Shown here: positions 1-9,225 of the stretch, piece by piece | Numbering within the stretch: position 1 is the stretch's first letter | Layout of the letters: every line of letters begins with the position of its first letter | Source of the DNA: Hadesarchaea archaeon | Lineage (GTDB): Archaea; Hadarchaeota; Hadarchaeia; Hadarchaeales; Hadarchaeaceae | Direction: 5' to 3' | NCBI GenBank assembly: GCA_029259175.1 | Contig: JAPDJH010000002.1 | Span: 18,733 to 82,732 of the forward strand | DNA length: 64,000 nt | The notes under the pieces: model-generated | The model's database searches: none | What the model saw: only the letters and a program-made list of their open reading frames with translations | What the model was told of the DNA's origin: nothing | Translations under genes and position numbers: made by a program

Positions 1-2355
1 TATCATGGTGTCATCAATGTTGTTCACTTCGATCCACGACCGTTCGACCCCGAACTGAAGTTCGACAGCACTCAAGTCATTGTCCGTGATGTTCTCCTTC
101 ACGACGTTCAAGTACTTGTAAACGACGCCTTCGGTGATTGCCGGCACTTGACTTGGCACTTCAATTAGCTCCTGCACTTTTATACCTAAGCTGGTTATTT
201 CTCTAGCAGCTTTGAGTACAATTTTATTTATCGTCATGTTCTCAAACTCTATGTTCTCTTGGGCCCCCTCCGCCACGGCAGCGATTTCTATCAAAGGTGA
301 CTCCGCCGCCACAGCATTTGGTGATACAAAAAGGTTAACGCTCAGCACATAGCTGCATGTGCGCTCGCTCTCACCGACAACCCCTTTAACAGTTATTGTA
401 TAGTCACCAACGGGCACGTTCTCACCAACGCTTATCGTCATCGCCGAGTTAAAGGGAACTCTCCCCTCATCTGATTCAAAGCTTACCCAAACGCCCGAGG
501 GCAAACCACTCGCGGTCAGGCGCACGAGGTTATCAAAACCTCCGCTTGCCGTGAGGGTGACCATCGCGGTCGTTGAACCCCCTTGGTGTATGGTAGCCCT
601 CGACGGCTCTATCGAGATGCTGAAGTCCGGGATTGGCTTGGCGCCGGTGATGCTAAGCAAGTAGGTGGCAGTTCTTACTTTCCCATCACCTCCGGTGCCA
701 GTAACTGTTATTGTGTACTCGCCGCTGGGCACGTTCTCGCCAACGCTTATCGTCATCGTTGAGTTGAAGCTAGGTACGCCTGCTGCCTGCGATAAATAGA
801 CGGTAACTCCCGAAGGCTGACCGCTTACACTCAGATTCACAACGTACCCATAACCCCCGGTACCACTTACCGCAACGGAAGCGGTGCTAGAACCTCCAGC
901 TGGAATCGAACCGCTTAGCGGACGAACTGAAACAGTGAAATCCGGGGACGGCTGCGGTGACGGCTGTTCCTTTTCCGCGACATCCGGTCCGCTGTAGCTT
1001 CCGCTCCCCGGTAGCCTCGCGGTATAAACGCCATCACTGGCCTCAAAGTAATAGGTGTGGTTGTCCCCAACATCCGCGGAGGTGGGCGTCCACGAGTAAC
1101 GGTACACGGCGCCACCCGCATAGGTTCCGCTCACGTAGCTCATGCTCTTGGCCGAGCCGTCGATGTAGACCTTGACATAAGACGGTGCATCGCCGTCCGC
1201 ATCGGTGTAAATCACTTCGTAGGTGAAGGTAGCACCGGCTTGACCTGAGGTTGGGGATAGGCCCCTCGAGCTCAGGGTTGGCGGAGTATTTCCGAATAGG
1301 TAAACTTTGGAGTCCCAGCTTCCGGCGGCGATGGTGTCTCCGTTAGATGAAACTGAAACTGAGTAAACCTGACCGCCAGTTGGGTAGCTCCAGAGAAAGG
1401 TGCCGGAGGTGCGGCTGAATAGGTAGACCCTTCCATCTTTACTTCCCGCTGCCACGATAGAACCATTTTCAGAGATATCAACCGACCAAACACCGCCGCC
1501 GGTCGCATGACTCCAGAGCGGAGCATTATCAGAGCGCGAGAAGAGGTAGACCTTGTGGTCGTCGCTCCCAGCTGCTATGTACAAGCCGTCGGAGGAGATC
1601 GTGATGGACTCAACGTAACCTCCGGTCGCGTAACTCCAGAGGGGGGTGCTGGAGTCGCGGGAGAAGAGGTAGATTTTGCCACCAGCGTTGCCAGCAGCCA
1701 CGTCCGAGCCGTCCCCCGAAATGGCAACCGATGAAACCGTGTTGCCGGTCGCGTAACTCCAGAGGGGGGTGCTACTCTCCCAGCTGAATAGGTAGACCTT
1801 GCCGTCGTCGCTACCCGCAGCTATGTACGAGCCGTCTTCGGAAATCGCGACCGATAAAACCTTGCCGCCCGTTTTGTAGCTCCAGAGGGGGGTGCTGGAG
1901 TCGCGGGAGAAGAGGTAGATGTTCTCGTCCCAGCTTCCTGCAACTATGTACGAGCCGTCTTCAGAAATCGCGACCGACTCCACCCAGCCCTGGGTTTGGT
2001 AGCTCCAGAGGAGGGTGCCGTTGTTGTCAAAGAGGTGAACTTTGTAGTCGTCCGCGCCCCCGGTGACGACGTACGAGCCATTTTCCGAAACGGCAACCGA
2101 CAGGATCATGCTATCCGTCGCGTAGGACCAGAGCGGAGCATTATCAGAGCGCGAGAAGAGGTAGACCTTGTGGTCGTCGCTCCCAGCTGCTATATATGAC
2201 CCATCTGGGGAGACGGAGACCGATTCAATCCAACCTCCGGCCGTGAAACTCCAGAGGGGATGCTTCTCGAACCCGGGTGAAGACGCCGAAACGACCCAAC
2301 AACCCACCGCACTAAACAACAAGATCAAGGCACAGGCGATTAAAAAAATGACCAT
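1..2355 (-). CDS. Secreted/anchored cell-surface protein, C-terminus off-window: N-terminal hydrophobic helix, about 8 beta-propeller blade repeats, tandem Ig-like domains, PGF-pre-PGF-like domain
   Basis: Absent from the ORF track because it runs off the window. Hand translation from ATG at 2355 gives MVIFLIACALILLFSAVGCWVVSAS. Blades follow of the form PLWSYxTGGxVxSVxISxDGSYIAAGSxDxKVYLFS. Then come two units PDFxxS..GGSxTAxV...SGxPSGV...TISVGENVPxGxYTITV, then ...VYKYLNVVKENITDNDLSAVELQFGVERSWIEVNNIDD. I saw no stop in that frame down to position 1. Confidence 0.8.
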   Translation of the reverse strand, partial: MVIFLIACALILLFSAVGCWVVSASSPGFEKHPLWSFTAGGWIESVSVSPDGSYIAAGSDDHKVYLFSRSDNAPLWSYATDSMILSVAVSENGSYVVTGGADDYKVHLFDNNGTLLWSYQTQGWVESVAISEDGSYIVAGSWDENIYLFSRDSSTPLWSYKTGGKVLSVAISEDGSYIAAGSDDGKVYLFSWESSTPLWSYATGNTVSSVAISGDGSDVAAGNAGGKIYLFSRDSSTPLWSYATGGYVESITISSDGLYIAAGSDDHKVYLFSRSDNAPLWSHATGGGVWSVDISENGSIVAAGSKDGRVYLFSRTSGTFLWSYPTGGQVYSVSVSSNGDTIAAGSWDSKVYLFGNTPPTLSSRGLSPTSGQAGATFTYEVIYTDADGDAPSYVKVYIDGSAKSMSYVSGTYAGGAVYRYSWTPTSADVGDNHTYYFEASDGVYTARLPGSGSYSGPDVAEKEQPSPQPSPDFTVSVRPLSGSIPAGGSSTASVAVSGTGGYGYVVNLSVSGQPSGVTVYLSQAAGVPSFNSTMTISVGENVPSGEYTITVTGTGGDGKVRTATYLLSITGAKPIPDFSISIEPSRATIHQGGSTTAMVTLTASGGFDNLVRLTASGLPSGVWVSFESDEGRVPFNSAMTISVGENVPVGDYTITVKGVVGESERTCSYVLSVNLFVSPNAVAAESPLIEIAAVAEGAQENIEFENMTINKIVLKAAREITSLGIKVQELIEVPSQVPAITEGVVYKYLNVVKENITDNDLSAVELQFGVERSWIEVNNIDDTMI

Positions 2356-2599
2356 GCATCTAGACACTTTGAACCTCTCGCAAGCTCCGACCATCGTTAT
2401 CGTAACCACGATCCCACCGTTGTTGTTTCAACACCCACATCCTAAAGTTTTTCCTGTACGTATTTAGCTCTTTGTCCCAGCCGATGTGAGCAACCGGGTG
2501 TGGGACAAAATTTGCTTCACCCAGCCAGAATAAATTATGCCAGACCACCGTGCACAGATTAGCCGTGTCTATCCGATCCATTCTCCGCTGCGCCACGCG

Positions 2600-3402
2600 T
2601 TACCCGAACCTGCGCTCGGTCCCCGCATGGTCGCATTGCTCTTCGGAATCAAGTAGAAGAGTAATTCCCCGAATTTCTGTTCCAGATCCTAGACGCATGC
2701 CTGCGTGCTGTACAGGCGGTCGAGGCGCATGCTCTCGATCTCTATTCCGAGCTCGGACGAGCTCAACCGCCTTCCGGAACGCCTCCTCTTCGCTCTCGAA
2801 TCCCGTCCCGTAGCCCACGTACATGCGCGTGTCCAGATCCAAGATGGTGAAGGTGAACACGAACCGTCTGCGCGTGCCACGCTTTCCCCGAACGCGCTGG
2901 ATGAAGGTCGCGTAGTGCTCCTTCACCGACAGCGAGTATCCGGTACCGTCTCCGGCGCAGTGGGCACGTTTGACCCCTTTGCGCTCCAGCATCAGCGCGT
3001 GCATGTTGTACAGAACCAGGCGGACCTCTTGGTCCGAGTACAGGCGCTCCACGCTTTTGTAGCTCACCTGGATGCCTGAGAGGGCGCTGAAGAGGTGAGC
3101 ATGAGGGACATCTCGCGGTTGCTTCGTCCAATCAGGTGCTTCAGGAGGAGCAGGGTCACGCGCTACTCGACACTCAAGGCGCGTTTCTGCTCACGCCCAT
3201 TTTTGGACGGATGCTTGAGCACGGCGGCGATTTCCGCGATGAGCGGCCGGAACTCGGCCAGAGCCATCTGGACGCGCTTGGCCAAGCGCTGTTCGTAGGT
3301 TCTCCAGTCCCGCATCCGCTCGGGCGCGAGTTGTTTGTACTCCTCAACGATTTCATCGAGAAGCCTGACGGTTTCCCTGACATCTGTGGTGGTCAGCACC
3401 AT
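2600..3402 (-). pseudogene. DDE-type transposase, disrupted into at least two ORF fragments (3163-3402 and 2600-3067)
   Basis: The N-terminal fragment contains RDWRTYEQRLAKR. The second fragment contains CAGDGTGYSLSVKEHY (DDE-like D-G-T-G) and has a junk-like R/P/G-rich tail. The fragments are not in one frame. Confidence 0.5.
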
Positions 3403-3453
3403 AAGGGCCTTGAAAGGTATATAAGGTTTTCCATGGATATCCCTAATGGGAGA

Positions 3454-3648
3454 ATGGTTCTGAAACGTCGCTTGCTCGGTGGAAGTCGGGGGAGAAAGAT
3501 AGAGATCCTGGAGGGGCGCATCGTTCTGACCGACGAGGTCGAAGTGTTCTTTGAAAAGCGAGTGACCCCGGTGGGGAACAGCGCGAAAGTCGATGCCCCG
3601 CGCCGGTACATTGGCAGGAGAGCCTACGTGATCATCCTGAAAGAGTAA
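3454..3648 (+). CDS. DUF2080-like transposon-associated small protein
   Basis: MVLKRRLL...EKRVTPVGNSAKVDAPRRYIGRRAYVIILKE matches the remembered DUF2080 pattern V.P.GNSa.V..P..wIGk.v.V. It is divergent from the transposase and inside the IR pair. The upstream part of track ORF 3136-3648 is antisense to the transposase and was ignored. Confidence 0.5.
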   Translation: MVLKRRLLGGSRGRKIEILEGRIVLTDEVEVFFEKRVTPVGNSAKVDAPRRYIGRRAYVIILKE

Positions 3649-3751
3649 TCATAGGATTTTGTCCCACACCTCCGTCTCCCCTAAAACTTTTGACACACGT
3701 TTTTAACCATAACTTGAAAAATAAATACACAAGGAAGAATGGAGGGAGAAT

Positions 3752-4642
3752 GTGAAACAGATTGGGGAAGCTGATAGAGCAAAAATTACGGTGCTGGTTG
3801 AGGATTACGCTGGGTATGGGGGGTCGCTCTGGGCTGAACACGGTGTCTCGTTTTTGGTGGAGGTCGTGGCCGGGAAAACCTCCAAAACCATTTTGTTCGA
3901 TACGAGCCAGTCCTCGGCTCTAGTCTCCCACAACATGGAAATGCTGGGGATAGAGCCGAAATCGGTGGATCTCATCTTCCTGTCCCACTGTCACTACGAT
4001 CACACCGGAGGCTTGGTTGGAATGCTGAAGAAGATAAAAAAGAGGGAGATCCCGATCATTGCTCATCCGAAGTTGTTCAGGCCCAGCTTTGCTTTAAAAC
4101 CCCGCCGCAGGTGGATAGGGATGACCAAGAAAAACACCAAGGCGAACATAAAGAGGAATGGCGGACTACTGAAACTGACGGATGAACCACTTGAGCTAAT
4201 GACGGGAGTGCTCTCCACCGGGGAGATAAAAAGAACAACTGATTTCGAGAGAAGAGTCACCGTGGGGAGCTACACTATCGAGAAAGGGAAAACCGTAAAG
4301 GATCCGATGAAAGACGACATGTCCTTGGTGGTCAACATCAGAGATAAGGGTCTCTTCATAATCACTGGATGCTCGCATGCCGGGATCGTGAACATAGTCA
4401 AGCACTCGATGGCGGTGAGCGGTATAAAAAAGGTCAAGGCTGTGATTGGCGGCTTACACTTGATAGACGCAAGCGACGATAGGATCAAGAAAACGGTGAA
4501 AAGTTTGAGGGGACTCGGAGTTGAAAAGGTCTACGCGGGGCACTGCACGGGGTTCAAAGCGGAGATGGAGCTTTTCAAAGAGTTCGGGAATAACTTCCAA
4601 AAACTCCGATGTGGAAAAGTGATCGACTCGGATGAAATTTGA
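3752..4642 (+). CDS. MBL-fold metallo-hydrolase (MJ0301-like architecture)
   Basis: Has HCHYDHTGG (HxHxDH) plus later TGCSHAG and GHCTG. It is a paralog of 10848-11495. Confidence 0.8.
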   Translation: MKQIGEADRAKITVLVEDYAGYGGSLWAEHGVSFLVEVVAGKTSKTILFDTSQSSALVSHNMEMLGIEPKSVDLIFLSHCHYDHTGGLVGMLKKIKKREIPIIAHPKLFRPSFALKPRRRWIGMTKKNTKANIKRNGGLLKLTDEPLELMTGVLSTGEIKRTTDFERRVTVGSYTIEKGKTVKDPMKDDMSLVVNIRDKGLFIITGCSHAGIVNIVKHSMAVSGIKKVKAVIGGLHLIDASDDRIKKTVKSLRGLGVEKVYAGHCTGFKAEMELFKEFGNNFQKLRCGKVIDSDEI

Positions 4643-4667
4643 ATTAAGAGGGCAGTGCCTCGATTTT

Positions 4668-5246
4668 TCAAACCGAATCGAGCAACTTTCTCAGCGTTTT
4701 ATAATTTTCAACCATCTTCTCTTCGAGCGAGCTGTGGTAAAGCAGCGCTGCTGGGTGGCCCAAAGGAACGATTTTTTTGAAACCGACCGAGAAAACTTTG
4801 CCGCAAACCTTTGGGAAGTCCAGCTTGTCTTCAATTCCAAATTTCTTGAAAATGTATCTGGCAGGAAAGTAGCCCAAGGTGGCCACGATGGTTGGGTTTA
4901 CAAGGTCTAGCTCTCTGTCCAGATAGCGGGCGCAGGTTTCGATCTCGTCGGGGCGGGGTTTTCGGTTGTGGGGGAGGACACACTTGACGAGGTTTGTCAT
5001 GAATATTTCATCTCTTGAGATGGAGGCCTTCTCGAACAGCCTGTCCAGCTTCTTTCCAGAGGGACCCACAAACATCCTTCCCTCCCGGTCTTCGGTGTAG
5101 CCGGGAGCCTGCGCGATGATCATCAATTTTGAAGAGAGGCTACCCTCGCCGGGAAGCGCGTGCGTTCTGGTTTTCCACAACCTGCATTTTTTGCAATTCC
5201 TGATTTCCCAGCTCAGTTTTCTGAATTCATTTATTTTTTCATCCAT
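4668..5246 (-). CDS. udg: Uracil-DNA glycosylase, family 4
   Basis: Has CKKCRL, ALPGEG, IIAQAPG, GPSGKKL, NLVKC and a GHPAALLY-type C-terminal motif. Confidence 0.9.
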   Translation of the reverse strand: MDEKINEFRKLSWEIRNCKKCRLWKTRTHALPGEGSLSSKLMIIAQAPGYTEDREGRMFVGPSGKKLDRLFEKASISRDEIFMTNLVKCVLPHNRKPRPDEIETCARYLDRELDLVNPTIVATLGYFPARYIFKKFGIEDKLDFPKVCGKVFSVGFKKIVPLGHPAALLYHSSLEEKMVENYKTLRKLLDSV

Positions 5247-5320
5247 CTTTCATCCACCAGTTGGTCGGAAAAAGCCCCATTAAGTTTTAACGTTCCTCTT
5301 TGCTAGCTTCCTAGGGGCGC

Positions 5321-5521
5321 ATGGCTCGCAAGATCTGCAAATGGTACGAGGTCTGCCCGATGAAGAGATTTTACGATGAAGGGAAGTTGGAGGAAAAATG
5401 GATTGAGTGTTACTGCAAGGGCGATTACAAAAGTTGCGTGCGTTACCAGATGGAGGAGAGAGGAGAGCCCCATCCCGACAACATGCTGCCGAATGGTGAA
5501 ATAAGGGAAGATTTAAAGTAA
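5321..5521 (+). CDS. Small Cys-rich protein of unknown function
   Basis: The 66-aa product has five Cys (CKWYEVCP...CYCKGDYKSC) and HPDNMLPNG. It is divergent from udg. Confidence 0.55.
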   Translation: MARKICKWYEVCPMKRFYDEGKLEEKWIECYCKGDYKSCVRYQMEERGEPHPDNMLPNGEIREDLK

Positions 5522-5643
5522 GTGCTCGCTATTGCAAGATATCAAGTTTTTAAAGTATCAGAGGAATGAAGGGTTGAGGACTTGAAGGTCATGCAAGAAA
5601 TCGTATTGAAGAAGGAAAGAGTTCTTTTAGTGGGAGCGGAATT

Positions 5644-6579
5644 ATGAAAGCCTATGGGCCGGTTCCGTCTAGGCGTCTGGGGCGCAGTTTGGGAATAAAC
5701 AATATCCCTCCCAAGATATGTACCTATTCTTGTGCTTATTGTCAGCTCGGGAGAACAATAAGAATGCAGTTCGATCGTCAGGAGTTCTACAAAGTTGAGG
5801 ATATAGTCTCGGATGTCAAGGAAAAGGTGAAGAAAGCTAGGCAAAAAAAGGAAACCATTGATTACCTTAGTTTCGTGCCTGACGGAGAACCGACTTTGGA
5901 TCTCGGTCTGGGAAAGGAAATTGATCTCCTGAAACCTTTAGGAATTAAAATCGCTGTGCTTACAAATGCATCACTTCTGTGGCGCGAAGATGTAAGAGAC
6001 GATTTGTTAAAGGCCGACTGGGTTTCACTAAAAATAGATGCTCTGAGCGAAAAAATTTGGCGGAAGCTTGACAGGCCTCACAGATTCCTGAAATTCGAGA
6101 CAATTTTAGAAGGCATGGACGATTTTGCCAACACTTTCAAAGGAACGCTAGCGACCGAAACGATGCTTATTCGGAATGTCAACGATGACGAGGAAGAAAT
6201 CAGAAAAATAGCTGATTTCTTGGCAGAGTTAAAACCGGATGAGGCTTATATTGCTATCCCCACTAGGCCGCCGGCGGAAAAGTGGGCCGAGCCAGCGAGT
6301 GAGCAGAGCATCAACATGGCTTATCAAATCTTCAGCGAGAAGCTACGCAGAGTGGAGTATCTAATCGGCTACGAAGGAAACGCCTTTGCGTTCACTGGAA
6401 ATGTCGAAAACGATTTGCTTAGCATCACGGCAGTTCACCCGATGAGAGAAGAAGGCGTTAATGAGTTTTTGTCAAAGGCCAACTCCTCGTGGGATGTTAT
6501 TGAGAAGTTAGTTAAAGAGGGCAAACTCGTAGAAACGGAGTACCGAGGAAAAAAATTCTATATGAGAAAGCTATCGTAA
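5644..6579 (+). CDS. Radical SAM protein
   Basis: N-terminus GPVPSRRLGRSLGIN followed by CTYSCAYC (CxxxCxxC). Paralog of 15572-16342. Confidence 0.85.
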   Translation: MKAYGPVPSRRLGRSLGINNIPPKICTYSCAYCQLGRTIRMQFDRQEFYKVEDIVSDVKEKVKKARQKKETIDYLSFVPDGEPTLDLGLGKEIDLLKPLGIKIAVLTNASLLWREDVRDDLLKADWVSLKIDALSEKIWRKLDRPHRFLKFETILEGMDDFANTFKGTLATETMLIRNVNDDEEEIRKIADFLAELKPDEAYIAIPTRPPAEKWAEPASEQSINMAYQIFSEKLRRVEYLIGYEGNAFAFTGNVENDLLSITAVHPMREEGVNEFLSKANSSWDVIEKLVKEGKLVETEYRGKKFYMRKLS

Positions 6580-6614
6580 ATGGTTAAGCACGGGCACGAC
6601 TCGATATGAAATCT

Positions 6615-6983
6615 TCAATTAGCTAAATCCTCTTTCAACTTTTCAAGCTCTTGCAAGGTTTTTTCTGCAATGATTTTCTCGTTATTGAAATGTTTTATCA
6701 TCCTTGCCAAACATTTCTTTTTTTCTTCGATATTACCTAGATACTTTGCACAGGCTTCCATGAATTCCTTTGTTCTTTCGACATTGGATTTTACAATTTC
6801 AGGTATTTTTTCGCTGTCATGCCTGACCGCCTGTTGCGGACAAACTTCGTGGCATACACCACAGCGGATACACCCCTCCATGTTTATTCTTGCCTTACCG
6901 CTTTCCATCGATATCGCGTTCACTGGACACTTCTCCGCACATATTCCACAGCCGACGCATCTATCCTCATCAATCCATGGCGT
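6615..6983 (-). CDS. 2x[4Fe-4S] ferredoxin-domain protein with helical C-terminal extension; apparent ACG at the start position
   Basis: The track ORF starts at GTG 6923, which would cut off the first motif CVGCGICAEKCP. The frame stays open upstream to TAG at 7035-7037 with no ATG/GTG/TTG. GAAGGAGGT (6998-6990) lies 6 nt before ACG (6983-6981), giving (T)PWIDEDRCVGCGIC. Confidence 0.6.
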   Translation of the reverse strand, partial: TPWIDEDRCVGCGICAEKCPVNAISMESGKARINMEGCIRCGVCHEVCPQQAVRHDSEKIPEIVKSNVERTKEFMEACAKYLGNIEEKKKCLARMIKHFNNEKIIAEKTLQELEKLKEDLAN

Positions 6984-6989
6984 CTTAAG

Positions 6990-6998
6990 ACCTCCTTC
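6990..6998 (-). promoter_or_regulatory. Shine-Dalgarno-like GAAGGAGGT preceding the ACG codon of the ferredoxin gene
   Basis: Read directly: gaaggaggt-cttaag-ACG-cca-tgg on the minus strand. Confidence 0.55.
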
Positions 6999-7034
6999 TA
7001 AAAAGTCTCTCCAATCAATTATAAGTAGTTTGGG

Positions 7035-7200
7035 CTACGTGGCCACACATGTCCATTGAAAAGGGGAAGCTAAAACAAATGATTGTGTGATATCGTCGAT
7101 GGTTCTCGCTCATGAGTTTCGTTTGGGACTTCGTGAAGCTGTAAATGAGATCCAACCCACAAGCATTCAGAAATCAGAGGTCATCGTCCACCAGCCTCAA
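7035..7200 (-). pseudogene. Decayed 3' fragment of a paralog of gene 9848-10387
   Basis: About 165 nt aligns by eye with 9848-10015 (roughly three quarters identical). For example, gatgagatccaa(c/t)cca...agcattcagaaa(t/c)cagagg is shared. The fragment carries a 1-nt deletion, 12-nt and 3-nt deletions, and a TGG>TGA change. Confidence 0.65.
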
Positions 7201-7276
7201 ACGACGAGCGAGGTTGGTAGACAAAAACCCTTCCACATGTGACCGCACGGTGTCAGAAGCAAATAACCTTCATTCT

Positions 7277-7675
7277 CTATTTCTCAGCGGTCTGACTCAA
7301 CTTGCTTGGCCCGTAAATCGCAAGTGATTTGTCATAGAAAGAGAGCATTGCCTCGGGAGTCATCGTAAGCGCTTTCGTTGGACACCTCTCAACACACAAT
7401 CCACAAAAACAACATTTTCCCAAATGGATCTGGGGATATGTTTTGCCGTTAAATTTCACCATTTCGATAGCATTATTGGGGCAGACTCTCGAACACATTC
7501 CACAGCCCACACATTTTTCTAAATTTAAGAAATGTCTTCCTCTATAGTCCTTTACGGGTTCTAAAGATTCGCTAGGAAATTTCAGAGTCATCGGCTTTTT
7601 AAAGAGTATTCTAAAAATCACTTTGGCAGGTTTAATCAAACCCATGACGGACTTCAACAAATTCATTTCGATCAC
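7277..7675 (-). CDS. NuoI / hydrogenase 2x[4Fe-4S] subunit-like protein
   Basis: Two intact motifs, CVGCGMCSRVCP and CCFCGLCVERCP. It overlaps the upstream gene by 4 nt. Confidence 0.85.
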   Translation of the reverse strand: MIEMNLLKSVMGLIKPAKVIFRILFKKPMTLKFPSESLEPVKDYRGRHFLNLEKCVGCGMCSRVCPNNAIEMVKFNGKTYPQIHLGKCCFCGLCVERCPTKALTMTPEAMLSFYDKSLAIYGPSKLSQTAEK

Positions 7676-9225
7676 CTATCCATATCGCTCGGGCAGGGAT
7701 CTAAACTCCAGTATATTGCGGGAATGTCAGCCACTTGGGCCCCCTTGGCCAAGTATGAAAATGTCATTAATGTGTGAGAAAAACTCGGTCCCCGCACCTT
7801 TACTCGATATGGTTTGTCAGTTTCGTTGCCCACCATGTAAAAGCATGCCTCTCCCCTTGCAGCCTCGAGGCAAAAACGGGCGTCTCTTTTTGGGATCTTG
7901 CGCGGAAGCTGTTTTCTCGTTTCTCCCTTGGGTATTTTTTCCAACAATTGTTTAATGATCGAAATGCTTTCAGCGATCTCCCCTCTTCTGCACAAAACTC
8001 TGGCGTAGGAGTCCCCTTTCGTTTGTGTCACAATTTCAAAATCGACTTCCGGATATGCCTCGTAGGGTTCATCTTTTCTTATATCGGACTTTACTCCGCT
8101 TGCTCTCAGGTTGGGACCCGTAGTGCCCAGCTCTACGGCTTTTTTGGCGTCGAGTACACCCACACCTTCCGTTCTTTTGATGACCGTGGCATTTTTGAAA
8201 AACAAATCATCATAAAAAACCAGTTTCTTTTGCAAATGGTTGAGCACTCTCGAAATTTTTTCTTCAAATCCTTCAGGGAAATCCCTTCTCACACCCCCAG
8301 GAACAAAATGGCATGGATAAATTCTTCCTCCGGATGCGATCTCGATCAAACGGATAATTTTTTCCCTGTCCCCCCAAGCGATTCTATTCGCGCTCTCAAA
8401 ACCCAAAGCAAACGACATCATCCCTATCCAAGTTATGTGGCTCAGGATTCTTCCGAGCTCCGTCATGATGGTCCGTATGAACTTCGCCCTTTCAGGTGCT
8501 TCGACTCCCGCAATCTTTTCAGCCACGTTAGCATATCCCAGTTCGTAGGAGTAGGGCTCTAGAACACATATCCTGTCAACAAGCATGGCATTTTGTTCAT
8601 GGGTTCTGTATTCCATTAGCTTCTCTATTCCCCGATGGAGGTATCCAGGGTATAGCATCAGCCCGGTCACTTCTTCGCCCGCGCAGTCGATCAAAGCCCG
8701 AAAATGGCCCGAAGCTGGGTGTTGGGGACCAAAAGGCAAGAGAAAGCAGCCTCCCTCTTTTTGTTCGCTGCTGCTTTCATCATAATATTCTCTCTTCACG
8801 TATTCGCGCGTGTCGAAATCCTTTCTCAGCGGGGGAATTTCTTTCCAATCTTCGAGAAAAAGGGGAGAGGGATCCGGATGCTCTTCAAAATTTACTCCAA
8901 ACAGTTCACATATTTCTCTTTCGTGTATCTGTGCTCCCTCCCATATATTAGAGACCGACTCTATCGATGGCGATTCTCTTGGAAGCCTAATCTTGACAAC
9001 CTTCCTACATTTTTTTGCGTGCGACCAGAGGTGATAAAGTATTTCAAACTCTCTTTCATCGGGATAATCCACGCAAGTAACATCTGAAAGATGATCAAAC
9101 CCAGCATCCTTGAGCTGAGATAAAACTTTGCGGAGCTCTTCTTTTTTTACTGAGATGGTTGCGTTTTCTAGGAGCGCTCGAGGCGTCGATCCCTGGAACC
9201 CGGGCTTCAATTCTTCGCTGTTCAT
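7672..9225 (-). CDS. Fused NuoC-NuoD / group-4 [NiFe]-hydrogenase large-subunit-like protein with only half of the Ni-Fe Cys ligands
   Basis: The NuoC part has DHLSDVTCVDYP...HEREICELFG. The NuoD part has PFGPQHPASGHFR and GYLHRGIEK. RICVLEPYS replaces RICGICS, and C-terminal DPCPSDMDR replaces DPCxxCxxR. Confidence 0.85.
   Translation of the reverse strand: MNSEELKPGFQGSTPRALLENATISVKKEELRKVLSQLKDAGFDHLSDVTCVDYPDEREFEILYHLWSHAKKCRKVVKIRLPRESPSIESVSNIWEGAQIHEREICELFGVNFEEHPDPSPLFLEDWKEIPPLRKDFDTREYVKREYYDESSSEQKEGGCFLLPFGPQHPASGHFRALIDCAGEEVTGLMLYPGYLHRGIEKLMEYRTHEQNAMLVDRICVLEPYSYELGYANVAEKIAGVEAPERAKFIRTIMTELGRILSHITWIGMMSFALGFESANRIAWGDREKIIRLIEIASGGRIYPCHFVPGGVRRDFPEGFEEKISRVLNHLQKKLVFYDDLFFKNATVIKRTEGVGVLDAKKAVELGTTGPNLRASGVKSDIRKDEPYEAYPEVDFEIVTQTKGDSYARVLCRRGEIAESISIIKQLLEKIPKGETRKQLPRKIPKRDARFCLEAARGEACFYMVGNETDKPYRVKVRGPSFSHTLMTFSYLAKGAQVADIPAIYWSLDPCPSDMDR

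Larger units (their letters stand above)
2497..3670. mobile_element. Small degenerate IS element bounded by 15-bp perfect terminal inverted repeats
   Basis: GGTGTGGGACAAAAT (2497-2511) is the exact reverse complement of ATTTTGTCCCACACC (3656-3670). The pair encloses broken transposase ORFs and a DUF2080-type ORF. Confidence 0.65.

Noticed and set aside
7035-7037. The in-frame TAG directly upstream of the ferredoxin ORF might be a read-through or pyrrolysine codon joining the paralog fragment to the ferredoxin.
   Set aside because: The homologous reading frame of the fragment is shifted by 1 nt relative to the ferredoxin frame and contains further stops (for example TGG>TGA). A strong SD sits inside the supposed read-through region. 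The fragment is simply a decayed pseudogene.
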